This document shows, one piece after another, positions 11,856 to 20,407 of a stretch of DNA of 64,000 nucleotides. Position numbers and translations under genes: made by a program. Source of the DNA: an uncultured Spirochaetota bacterium (GTDB lineage: Bacteria; Spirochaetota; Spirochaetia; SZUA-6; Fen-1364); the NCBI GenBank assembly GCA_963820525.1, contig CAWGAA010000002.1, positions 576,001 to 640,000 on the forward strand. Reading direction: 5' to 3'. Within the stretch, counting starts at the first letter, position 1; every line of letters starts with the position of its first letter. A model generated the notes under the pieces. It had not been told where the DNA came from, searched no databases, and worked only from the letters and a program-made list of their open reading frames with translations.

Positions 11856-11873
11856 GTTCATACCCTCTATTCG

Positions 11874-11897
11874 GCGCGGGGCCCGCAGGCCCCGCGC
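11874..11897. other. Intercistronic stem-loop after the solute-binding protein gene
   Basis: gcgcggggcc-cgca-ggccccgcgc, a perfect 10-bp stem. Confidence 0.65.
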
Positions 11898-11914
11898 TTT
11901 CCCTGCAAGTACGG

Positions 11915-13174
11915 TTATTTCAGGGCTCGTTCCATTTTCGCCACAGCGTCCGCGACCGCCTTGTCGACGTCCTCGCCCAAAGCAACCGCGTTGAAACAGT
12001 CCATGACGGCATACGTAATGGGGGGATACACGGGCGTCACCGGCCGGCACCGAGCGGTCTGCACGAGCTGTTCCTTGATGATGTTAAAGGGCGGCTTCGA
12101 CAAATCGGTTTTTTCGAGCACAGATTGTCGGGCGGGAAGGTTGCCCGTCTCCGAGCAGTACACATACGCTCCATCCTTGCCGGTTATGGCACGCACAACC
12201 TGCCAGGCGAGCTGCTTGTTTTTCGACTGCGCGCTTATGGCGAGGTTCCAACTTCCCGAATTGCTCGCGGCTGCAACCCCCTTCGGGAGCGGCATGGCGC
12301 CCCACTTGTTGGCCTTGAAGAACTCGGGGAAACTCCGCTGCCATTCTCCGATCATCCACGGACCGGTGATCCACATGGCAACCTTTTCGGCCTCGAAGCC
12401 CCCGCTCATCGGAACGGCGGGCGCGGCGCTGAACTTCTGGAAAAGGTCTTGATAGAAATGGAGCGCTTTCTTGCTGGCTGGGCTGTCGAAGTAGCCCTTC
12501 GCGGTTTTTCCGTCCTTGCTGAGGATATCCCCGCCGAACCACCAGGTCCAGAGCATCTGGGTGTAGCTCATGCCCTCGTTCCTTTGATCGTTGGAGAACA
12601 TTTGCGGGAGTATCCCGTACACGGTCACTTTCCCGCTCGAATCCTTCTTGGTCAGCTTGATGGCGGCTTGGAGGAGCTGGTCCACGGTCCATGCGTCGGA
12701 AAGCTTTGTCGGCGCTGTGAGCTTGGCGGCCTTGAACATGTCCTTGTTGTAATACAGCACGCAGTTCGATTCGTTGAGTGGGGCGGCCCAGATTTTCCCG
12801 TTCCACGTCATGGCCGAGCGGGCGGAGCCGACGAGGTCATTGTAATCCGCCTTATCCCAATACGCATCGAGCGGCTCGAGCGCACCCGCGCCGGCGTAAT
12901 AGGCGATATTGGGAGCGTCCATGCAGATCACGTCTCCCACATCTCCGCTCGCGATCGTCAGCTTCAGCTTGGATTCATAGTCATTCTGCACCACGGTCCT
13001 GAAATCGACTTTGTCCGCAATCCCCGCCTTCTGTAAGGCGTCGGTCATCTGCTGAGGCCAGAGATCGGGAAACGTGTCGATGATGACCTTGGCATTGTCC
13101 GCGAACAGGCTCTGGCCCCAAAGGGAGAGCCCCAACATCGCAATCAATGCCGTTCTCAACCAGGTCTTTTTCAT
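11915..13174 (-). CDS. Sugar ABC transporter substrate-binding protein
   Basis: Signal peptide; LYYNKDMF, AMWITGPW motifs; GGAGG RBS. Confidence 0.92.
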   Translation of the reverse strand: MKKTWLRTALIAMLGLSLWGQSLFADNAKVIIDTFPDLWPQQMTDALQKAGIADKVDFRTVVQNDYESKLKLTIASGDVGDVICMDAPNIAYYAGAGALEPLDAYWDKADYNDLVGSARSAMTWNGKIWAAPLNESNCVLYYNKDMFKAAKLTAPTKLSDAWTVDQLLQAAIKLTKKDSSGKVTVYGILPQMFSNDQRNEGMSYTQMLWTWWFGGDILSKDGKTAKGYFDSPASKKALHFYQDLFQKFSAAPAVPMSGGFEAEKVAMWITGPWMIGEWQRSFPEFFKANKWGAMPLPKGVAAASNSGSWNLAISAQSKNKQLAWQVVRAITGKDGAYVYCSETGNLPARQSVLEKTDLSKPPFNIIKEQLVQTARCRPVTPVYPPITYAVMDCFNAVALGEDVDKAVADAVAKMERALK

Positions 13175-13205
13175 TTACAGATACCTCCTAGAAACTTATT
13201 ACGTA

Positions 13206-13252
13206 CCGGTAACGTTACCTTTGATTATAGGTAACGTTACCGGCTTTGTCAA
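13206..13252 (-). promoter_or_regulatory. Consensus sigma70 promoter with two LacI-type operators
   Basis: TTGACA (13252-13247)-17 nt-TATAAT (13229-13224); palindrome GGTAACGTTACC at 13208-13219 and 13230-13241. Confidence 0.85.
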
Positions 13253-13424
13253 GAAATATTTTTTATTTTTTTTGGTTTCTGGACGCCCAGTAACCACCAA
13301 TAGAGTCACGCTAGCATTTATTTACTCTAATATCTCTAAAACAGTGATCAAGTCTGTGCGAACATGCCGTGTGGCTTTTTCAAGCGAGATGATTCAACAT
13401 GCAGATCCGGCAGTAGCAAGATCT

Positions 13425-13808
13425 TCACACTCCAATCAGGCCCCTGCGGATGCCTTCCTTCACGGCCTCGGCGCGGTTGGCAGCATCGAGCTTCCTGAGG
13501 AGCGACTCGACGTGGAACTTGGCGGTATGGGTGCTGAAGTCGAGCCGGGAGGCGATCTCTTTGTTGGCAAGCCCCTCCGCGAGGAGGCCGAGTACCTGCA
13601 CCTCCCGGGGAGTAAGGGCGGGCTCGGCGTTCCAGGCCTCGACAACGGCATCGACATCGACGCCGGCGCCTCCGCCCGGTCCGATCCCGTCCCCCGCCGG
13701 CTCCGAGGAGAGGTCCCCCAGCCCCGAGAGACGCTCGATGATGAGTGCCCGAAGCTCCCGGTCTCGCGCCCGCACAACAATGCGCGCCCGCGGGCTCGTA
13801 TGTTTCAT
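13425..13808 (-). CDS. LuxR/NarL-type HTH regulator with truncated N-terminal domain
   Basis: LTPREVQVLGLLAEGLANKEIA...TAKFHV; ATGA overlap with the upstream gene. Confidence 0.88.
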   Translation of the reverse strand: MKHTSPRARIVVRARDRELRALIIERLSGLGDLSSEPAGDGIGPGGGAGVDVDAVVEAWNAEPALTPREVQVLGLLAEGLANKEIASRLDFSTHTAKFHVESLLRKLDAANRAEAVKEGIRRGLIGV

Positions 13809-14692
13809 ACGCCGTCTATGGAGACCGAAACCTTTCGCGGTGCGCCGCCCCGCAGGATCTCCACCTCGACTCCCGCGCCTGCACCGCTTTCCGCCATCAG
13901 GGTGACAAGCTCCTCATGATCCCTCACCGGCGATCCGGCAAACCCCACAAGGATGTCGCCCACTGCTAGGCTCGCGCGCTCGGCGGCGCTGGCCGCATCC
14001 ACGGAGATCAGGAGCAGCCCCGTCTCCTGCCGATCCTTCAGGGCGGCCCGCGCCTCTCTGGGGAGCGGGACGGCCTGGCTCCGGATCCCGAGGTAGGGCC
14101 TACGCACGCTTCCCTTTTCCTCCAAGAGCTTTGCCCGGGCGAGCGCCATCTCCGCCGGGATGGCGACCTCTGCCCCCATGCGGCGGTTGAAGACCTGGAT
14201 ACCCACAAAGGCTCCTTCGGCGTTGGCCAGCGGCCCGCCCGTGGTCCCTATCATGCGGTCGGCGTCGGTTTGAAGGTAGCGCTCCAGGATACCGCTCCTG
14301 CCCAGTCTCAGCTTCGAGCCGCTCGCGCTCACCATGGCAAGCGAGGCGTTGATGCCGTCGAAGGTGTCGCGCTTCAGAGACACAACCAGGTCTCCTACTT
14401 CGACCGCAGCCGTGGCGGGCTCCGGCGACTGGCCCCCGGATTCCAGCCGCAGGAGCGCCAGATCATGGATGGGGTCACGGCCCGCCACCTTCGCCGTGAT
14501 CTTCTTGCCATCGGGCATGATGACCTCGATTCCCTCGTCGGGCACCAGGTGGCTTGCGGTCAACACCTTTCCTCCACCGATCAGGACGCCGCTCACGGCG
14601 TAGGGCTCCCGTTCAAGGCCTACGGTGTACTCGGCGGCTTTCTGGATGGCTCGCCGCAGCGAGGTGGACAATTCCTTCAATGCATTCGCCAT
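13805..14692 (-). CDS. Trypsin-like (S1C) protease-PDZ protein, catalytic Ser position is Thr
   Basis: LTASHLV, GRDPIHDLALL, GTTGGPL in place of GNSGGPL, PDZ RPYLGI. Confidence 0.82.
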   Translation of the reverse strand: MANALKELSTSLRRAIQKAAEYTVGLEREPYAVSGVLIGGGKVLTASHLVPDEGIEVIMPDGKKITAKVAGRDPIHDLALLRLESGGQSPEPATAAVEVGDLVVSLKRDTFDGINASLAMVSASGSKLRLGRSGILERYLQTDADRMIGTTGGPLANAEGAFVGIQVFNRRMGAEVAIPAEMALARAKLLEEKGSVRRPYLGIRSQAVPLPREARAALKDRQETGLLLISVDAASAAERASLAVGDILVGFAGSPVRDHEELVTLMAESGAGAGVEVEILRGGAPRKVSVSIDGV

Positions 14693-14835
14693 ATCGAACC
14701 CCCTGTTCTGCAATCAAGGTACAGCGGGGAGTCGGCCGTGGGTACTCGCCGAACGGGCAGGCTGACCGCGTGATCCGCAGGCGGGACAAGCGCATCAGCT
14801 CACCTCCATGGCGGCGCCCGGATTCGAGGATAGCG

Positions 14836-14862
14836 CTATTTCCACCAGAACAGCGACTCGAA
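14836..14862. repeat. 27-bp direct repeat, copy A (duplicate of the glycosyltransferase 3' end)
   Basis: ctatttccaccagaacagcgactcgaa matches 20408-20434 at 26 of 27 positions. Confidence 0.9.
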
Positions 14863-14948
14863 AATCTCTTGTCGTATACGGCCGACAGGCCCACAAGCCT
14901 GGCGGCCATGCCGTGGGGGGGTGCGGGCGTCATGGCGAAAAACGTCGC

Positions 14949-15986
14949 TCAGCGCAGAGAGGTTCCGCTGATGGGGCCGGTGGATTCGCGCACGACGAGC
15001 TCCGGATTGATCAGAATCTTTCTTGGCGTCGGATCCTTTCCGCTCATCGCGTGGATCAGCAGGTCTATCGCGGCCGCGCCGAGGCTGCGCATCTTGAGGT
15101 CAACCGATGTGAGTTGCACGTGGCCGCTCATCGCCAGTGACGTGTTGTCGTGTCCGACAACCGAGAGCTCCCCAGGCACCGCTATTCCCTCGCGCGCCGC
15201 CGCCTTGAGAACACCCACCGCCATGAGGTCGTTGCACGCGAATATCGCGCTGGGGAAGGATTTCCCGCGGAAAAGGGCGGTCGACGCCTCTTCGGCGAGG
15301 CCAATCGCCTCCGTGGTGTTGCCCTGCTCGATCACGATCAGTCTGTCGGGCGCAGGCGCCGCCCCGAGATCCGTCAGGTAGCGCCGCCACGCCTCCTCTT
15401 TGATGTCGTAGGAGTAGCCTTCCCTGCCCCTCAAAAAGCCGATGTCGACATGCCCGAGCGCCCGCAGGTGCTCCATCACCATGCGCATGCCGAGGATCTG
15501 GTCGATGACAACTGAATTGACCTCGCAAATCTCAGAGTTCGAGTGCACGAGGACGAGCGGTACGCGCGCCGAAGTGCTGCTGAACAAGCCCGAGGCGTGA
15601 CCCTCGTTCGATGGGTCGATGAGGATGATCCCATCGACGCGCCTGGCGAGAAGGCCGAAGAGGTAGCGCTGCTCGCTCGCGATGTCGCCGTCCGTGGAGC
15701 AGAGGAAGAGCATGAAGCCCATCTCCCTCAGCCTTCGCTCGATGGCGTCCGTTATCTCCAGGTAGTAGGAGTTGCTTATGCTCGTGACGACGAGCCCTAT
15801 CGCAAACGACTGTTTGCTCGTGAGCCCCTTCGCGAGGTAGTTGGGAATATACCCCATTCGCTTGATCGCCGTTTCGACCTTGCGGCGGTTCTCCTCGCGC
15901 ACGGTCATGCCGTTCAGGACCCTGGAGACGGTGGCGGTGGAAACCCCTGCCTCGCGTGCTACATCGATGATGTTCGTGTTTGGCGT
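14949..15986 (-). CDS. LacI-family regulator with probable non-canonical ACG start
   Basis: The frame extends upstream of 15908 through the HTH (PNTNIIDVAREAGVSTATVSRVLNG); in-frame TAA at 16001-15999; AAGGGG lies 7 nt before ACG at 15986. Confidence 0.85.
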   Translation of the reverse strand, partial: TPNTNIIDVAREAGVSTATVSRVLNGMTVREENRRKVETAIKRMGYIPNYLAKGLTSKQSFAIGLVVTSISNSYYLEITDAIERRLREMGFMLFLCSTDGDIASEQRYLFGLLARRVDGIILIDPSNEGHASGLFSSTSARVPLVLVHSNSEICEVNSVVIDQILGMRMVMEHLRALGHVDIGFLRGREGYSYDIKEEAWRRYLTDLGAAPAPDRLIVIEQGNTTEAIGLAEEASTALFRGKSFPSAIFACNDLMAVGVLKAAAREGIAVPGELSVVGHDNTSLAMSGHVQLTSVDLKMRSLGAAAIDLLIHAMSGKDPTPRKILINPELVVRESTGPISGTSLR

Positions 15987-16195
15987 AACGTTACCCCTTT
16001 AAACAGAAACCGATTACTCTATAATATATTTGAAAATTTTTGTCAAGGATTGTTAATGGAAATGTTTTTTCTCTCATCAAAACAGTTGACTCCGATCGAT
16101 ATCCAGGGAAAATAGATAATAATTGATTGCTCTATAAACATTTATATGATAATTGTCAGGATTCGGGAATATGGCATTTCTAAGCCTTTTTTTTC

Positions 16196-16250
16196 TTGAC
16201 GAAAGCAGAAGCCAAGTGATAAAATGCCATAACTGTAAACGGTTACAGTT
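16196..16250 (+). promoter_or_regulatory. Promoter and LacI-type operator of the second sugar ABC operon
   Basis: TTGACG (16196) and TGaTAAAAT (16217-16225); palindrome AACTGTAAACGGTTACAGTT at 16231-16250; a related site agaaaccgattact near 16005-16018. Confidence 0.72.
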
Positions 16251-16262
16251 AAGAGGAGGCAA

Positions 16263-17504
16263 ATGAAAATGAAAAGAGTTATTTCTCTCACAATTCTCTT
16301 GGCCCTTTTCTTCTTGCCAGGCACCATCTGGGCTCAGAAAACGGAGGTCGTCGTCCAATCCTACATGTCCGATGAAGCCCCCAAGAACACCTTTGCCGAT
16401 CTGGCAGCCGAGTTCATGAAACAGAACCCGGATATCAAGGTAACCGTCAACACGGTCGCTCACGAGCAATTCAAGACGCAGTTGGTGAACTACCTCACGT
16501 CGAAGAACGCCCCCGACGTCCTCACATGGTTCGCCGGCTACCGAATGCAGCAGTACGCCGTAAAGAACCTCCTTGAGCCCGTCGATGGGATTTTTCCCGG
16601 CGGCTCCATGGAGAAGGAGTTCCCGTCGGCGTTCAAGGGCGCCTGCAGTTATGGCGGCAAGGTGTACTTCGTGCCCCAATCCTGGTACTGGTGGGCCGTG
16701 TACTACAACAAGGATGTTTTCAAGAAGTACGGCATCAAGGTGCCGACGAACTGGGATCAGTTCCTCGCCGTCTGTGAATCCCTGAAGAAGAACGGGGTGG
16801 CGCCCATCTCCATCGGCGCCAAGGACACCTGGACCGCCGGAGGTTGGTTCGACTACATGGACGTCGCGGTGAACGGCGGCGACTTCCACCAGAAACTCAC
16901 GGCGGGCACGGTCTCCTACACCGATCCCAAGGTCCTCAACACCTTCGGCTACATCGCCAATCTCGCCAAGAAGGGTTACATCATACCCAGCGCGACGAGC
17001 TACAGCTGGCAGGAGGCCGCCAATCTCTTGTTCGACGGGAAAGCCGGAATGTACCTCATGGGCCAGTTCATCAAGGATGTGGCTCCAGCGGACAAGAAGG
17101 AATCCATCGATTTCTTCACCTTCCCGATCGTAGGTGGGAACGTGAAGTACGGAGTGGACACTCCCCTTGACGGCTTCATGATGCCTAAGAACGCGCCCCA
17201 CAAGGACGCCGCCAAGAAGTTCCTCGCCTTCATCGCCAGCAGGCAGGGCCAGGAGATGTTCTGCAAGCCGCTGGGACGCCTGGCGGCGAACGCGAACGTG
17301 CCGGTCCCCAATGCCGAAGCCAAGCGGGGCCTCGACATGGTGAAGGCGGCCACATGGGCCATGCTGTTCTACGACCGCGACGCCCCCGAGGAGATGGCGG
17401 GCAAGGGCATGAACGCGATCGTCGACATCATACAAACCCCGGACCAACTGAAGAGTATCCTCACCGAGCTCGATAAAGAGCGCGTGCGGATCTACGCGGA
17501 GTAG
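16263..17504 (+). CDS. Sugar ABC transporter substrate-binding protein
   Basis: Signal peptide; PDVLTWFAG, VYYNKDVF, GMYLMGQF; GAGGAGG RBS. Confidence 0.92.
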   Translation: MKMKRVISLTILLALFFLPGTIWAQKTEVVVQSYMSDEAPKNTFADLAAEFMKQNPDIKVTVNTVAHEQFKTQLVNYLTSKNAPDVLTWFAGYRMQQYAVKNLLEPVDGIFPGGSMEKEFPSAFKGACSYGGKVYFVPQSWYWWAVYYNKDVFKKYGIKVPTNWDQFLAVCESLKKNGVAPISIGAKDTWTAGGWFDYMDVAVNGGDFHQKLTAGTVSYTDPKVLNTFGYIANLAKKGYIIPSATSYSWQEAANLLFDGKAGMYLMGQFIKDVAPADKKESIDFFTFPIVGGNVKYGVDTPLDGFMMPKNAPHKDAAKKFLAFIASRQGQEMFCKPLGRLAANANVPVPNAEAKRGLDMVKAATWAMLFYDRDAPEEMAGKGMNAIVDIIQTPDQLKSILTELDKERVRIYAE

Positions 17505-17524
17505 CTCAACCGACCTCTTCCGTC

Positions 17525-17558
17525 AGGCGGACGGCGAGGGTGCTGTCCGCCTTTTTTT
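17525..17558 (+). terminator. Intrinsic terminator or attenuating hairpin between SBP and permease
   Basis: aggcggacggc-N6-gctgtccgcct followed by a T run. Confidence 0.75.
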
Positions 17559-17623
17559 CGCCCCGCGGCCCGTAGAGGATTGGAGCCGTCGCAAGCGCGG
17601 GGGTATTCTGGCAGAGCTGGAGG

Positions 17624-18514
17624 TTGACGGTGCGCAAAAAGGTCGGCGTATACAGATGGGCGCCATGGGCTTTCCTGGCCCTACCCCTGGCGATGTACCT
17701 CACATGGGTTATTGCGCCCGTTATCCAGAGCATGCTTTTCGCCTTCACGAAGAAGGACACGATCGTCTACGGGATCGTCTGGGTGGGCCTAAGGAACTTC
17801 GCCCGCCTGCTGGGCGACGGCCAGTTCTGGCTGGCCATCAAGAACAACATGCTCTGGCTCACGTTTTTCGTGCTCATCCCCGTCCCGCTCGGGCTCGCCG
17901 TCGCAATGCTCTTCAACAATGACTTCCCCGGCGCCCCGGCGTACAAGACCCTGTTCTACCTCCCCATGACCCTTTCCTTCGCGGTTATTGGGACGATATG
18001 GTTGTGGATCTACACCCCCGACTACGGCGTTCTCAACACCTTTCTCCGCTCCATCGGCCTGAATGAATGGGCCGTGCAGTGGATCGGGGACAAGCGCTAC
18101 ATGACCGGCGCGCTCATTGCCGTCGGCGTGTGGCGTCAGGTGCCGTACGTGATGATCCTGTACCTGGCCGGGCTCAAGACCGTGCCCATGGATCTGGTGG
18201 AGGTGGCCATGATCGACGGCGCCACTTGGTGGCAGCGCTTCCGTCGCGTCGTCCTGCCCATGCTCGCCCCCGCGACGGTGGTCGCCGTCACCATCTCCAT
18301 CATCGATTCGCTTCGGGCCTTCGACGTGGTGTACGTCATGACCAACACAAAAGCCCGCGCCGCGGAGGTCCTCGCCAGCTACATGTACTCCTCCGCCTTC
18401 GCCTACAGCGACTTCGGGTACGGCTCCGCGATAGCGGTTGTGCAGTTCCTCATCACCCTGTGCTTCATCATGATCTACGTCAGTAACGTTCTCCGTGGCG
18501 AGACGGAGATGTAA
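17624..18514 (+). CDS. Carbohydrate ABC permease (MalF-like)
   Basis: DLVEVAMIDGA EAA-like loop; TM helices; TTG or nearby GTG start. Confidence 0.9.
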   Translation: MTVRKKVGVYRWAPWAFLALPLAMYLTWVIAPVIQSMLFAFTKKDTIVYGIVWVGLRNFARLLGDGQFWLAIKNNMLWLTFFVLIPVPLGLAVAMLFNNDFPGAPAYKTLFYLPMTLSFAVIGTIWLWIYTPDYGVLNTFLRSIGLNEWAVQWIGDKRYMTGALIAVGVWRQVPYVMILYLAGLKTVPMDLVEVAMIDGATWWQRFRRVVLPMLAPATVVAVTISIIDSLRAFDVVYVMTNTKARAAEVLASYMYSSAFAYSDFGYGSAIAVVQFLITLCFIMIYVSNVLRGETEM

Positions 18515-18526
18515 GAGGAGGAGGCA

Positions 18527-19384
18527 ATGGCTTCTCTGGCAGTCGGCTCGAAGAGGCAAAAAACGATTATTAAGATCTCCTTCTACCTTGCCGCAACGAT
18601 GCTCATCGCCGTCTGGCTGTTTCCGCTCCTCATCGCCGTCTTCACCTCCGTGAAGAGCATGGATGAGATCATGTCCAATCCGCGGATGTGGGCGCCTCCC
18701 AAGGTCTGGCTCTGGTCGAACTTCGCGAACGTCTGGAACAAGGTCGGCATGTCGCGCTACGTGCTCAACACCTTTATCATCACCATCCCCTCCGTGATCG
18801 GGGCCCTTCTGGTCTCAAGCCTCTCCGCCTTTGCCCTCGCCTTTTACAGGTTCAGGGCGAACAGGGCGATCCTCATCATCTTCATCGCGGGCATGCTCAT
18901 CCCCTTCCAGATGCTCATGATCCCCGTGTTCCGCTTCACCGACACGATCGGAATCCGGGATACCTACCCGGGGATCATCGTCTTTCATATGGCCTTCCAG
19001 CTCGGCTTCTGCACCTTCTTCCTGCGCAGCTTCATGAAGACGATCCCTTCCAGTCTGCTCGAGGCGCCCCGCATCGACGGCGCCAGTGAGTTCACGATCT
19101 ACCGCAGGATCGTCCTGCCCCTGTCCGTCACGAGCTTCGCGGCTCTCGGAGTCTTGGAGTTCACGTGGATCTGGAACGACCTGCTCTGGTCTTTGGTCCT
19201 GCTCCAATCCGACAGGCTCAAGCCGGTGACTCTGGGCCTTGCGAACATGCAGGGTGAGTTCGTGCAGTACTACAACATGACGGCCGCCGGATCGATCATC
19301 GCCGCCATCGCGCCCCTTCTTGTTTTCCTTCTCTTCCAGCGCTTCTTCATCGAGGGTCTCACCATGGGCGCTGAGAAGGGGTGA
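18527..19384 (+). CDS. Carbohydrate ABC permease (MalG-like)
   Basis: LLEAPRIDGA, WIWNDLLW, FQRFFIEGL. Confidence 0.92.
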   Translation: MASLAVGSKRQKTIIKISFYLAATMLIAVWLFPLLIAVFTSVKSMDEIMSNPRMWAPPKVWLWSNFANVWNKVGMSRYVLNTFIITIPSVIGALLVSSLSAFALAFYRFRANRAILIIFIAGMLIPFQMLMIPVFRFTDTIGIRDTYPGIIVFHMAFQLGFCTFFLRSFMKTIPSSLLEAPRIDGASEFTIYRRIVLPLSVTSFAALGVLEFTWIWNDLLWSLVLLQSDRLKPVTLGLANMQGEFVQYYNMTAAGSIIAAIAPLLVFLLFQRFFIEGLTMGAEKG

Positions 19385-19410
19385 TGGGAGTCCGGCCAGG
19401 AGGCCGAAAT

Positions 19411-20295
19411 TCAGCCGAACCATCGAGCTGCCGCCTCACAGAGCGCCGGCGCCATTGAGAGCGAAAAACGCGCCTTGTTGGAAGTGACCTCCAAGATGCT
19501 CTCTTGGACCTGCACTCCCGTCATCCGGGAACGAGGAACAATGAAAGAATCCTCCCCATACTGGTGAGTTTCTTCAGGAGGATCGCACATATAAACAAGC
19601 TCATAAGGGTTAAGCACAAGAAGCTGGCCGAGTTCGATCTTGAGACGCCGCTTTCTCTGCACGCTGGCAAACCGAAACACGATTGGGTCGCTCTTGTCCA
19701 ACCGGGCAAGAGCGCCGTGGAGCAAGGTGTTCCACTTGAAAGGCAACTTCGCCGCCGCATCTGCATCCCGCGGTATCCGCTGCGCGGGGCCCGCCAGTCT
19801 CTTGCGCAGCTCCAGCAAAGCCGGCTCGAGTTCATCGCGAGCCACGGTGTTGTAGCGAATCGTGAGGCGTTGCCCAAACGAGAGAAAACTGAGCCTCCCA
19901 TAGAGCAGGATCGTGATGTCTTCTATGGCGGCAAGCTCTTCCAGGGCGATTGTGGCTTTGACGCCAGGCTGAGGCTTCTCGGTCCAAAGCCCTATGGCTC
20001 GGGACCCAATCGTCAGTACGCTGTTGGGTGATACAACCTTCGGGCCCCGCAGCTCAACCGATCGTACCGTCCAGGGAATGATGAAAACCTGGTGGAGGCC
20101 TTCGATCGCGCAGATTTGCTCCAAGGATTCCAGGGCTCCCGAGGGGATATCCTCAGCCCGCCGCGGCGTATGGGGGTAACTGGCATAGTTGCTCCGATAA
20201 TAGGAGTCACCCTCGCTCTTGGTGAGGGGGAGCTCCCATGTTTCTGCGGGATCCTGTATGTGACTGCGTGCGGCAACCCGATCACGAATATTCAT
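19411..20295 (-). CDS. Hypothetical protein
   Basis: 294-aa ORF with GGAG upstream; fills the gap; no motif recognised. Confidence 0.65.
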   Translation of the reverse strand: MNIRDRVAARSHIQDPAETWELPLTKSEGDSYYRSNYASYPHTPRRAEDIPSGALESLEQICAIEGLHQVFIIPWTVRSVELRGPKVVSPNSVLTIGSRAIGLWTEKPQPGVKATIALEELAAIEDITILLYGRLSFLSFGQRLTIRYNTVARDELEPALLELRKRLAGPAQRIPRDADAAAKLPFKWNTLLHGALARLDKSDPIVFRFASVQRKRRLKIELGQLLVLNPYELVYMCDPPEETHQYGEDSFIVPRSRMTGVQVQESILEVTSNKARFSLSMAPALCEAAARWFG

Positions 20296-20407
20296 TCTCC
20301 CTCCTCGCCGGTGAAGGCGCCGGTTGCATGGAGGATCTCAGCCTAAAAAAGAAAAACCGTCAATGCATCGCGAGGGCTCGCCGCCTGCAGCGCTGGACTT
20401 GCGAGCC

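Larger units (their letters stand above)
14863..20407. mobile_element. Putative integrated cassette (LacI, sugar ABC transporter, hypothetical gene) bounded by the 27-bp repeats
   Basis: Flanked by a duplicated gene 3' end in attL/attR-like geometry; no integrase inside. Confidence 0.5.

Noticed and set aside
14745..14762. Possible LuxR/NarL box (ctcgccgaacgggcagg) upstream of the protease gene
   Set aside because: Too imperfect a palindrome to support from a single copy.
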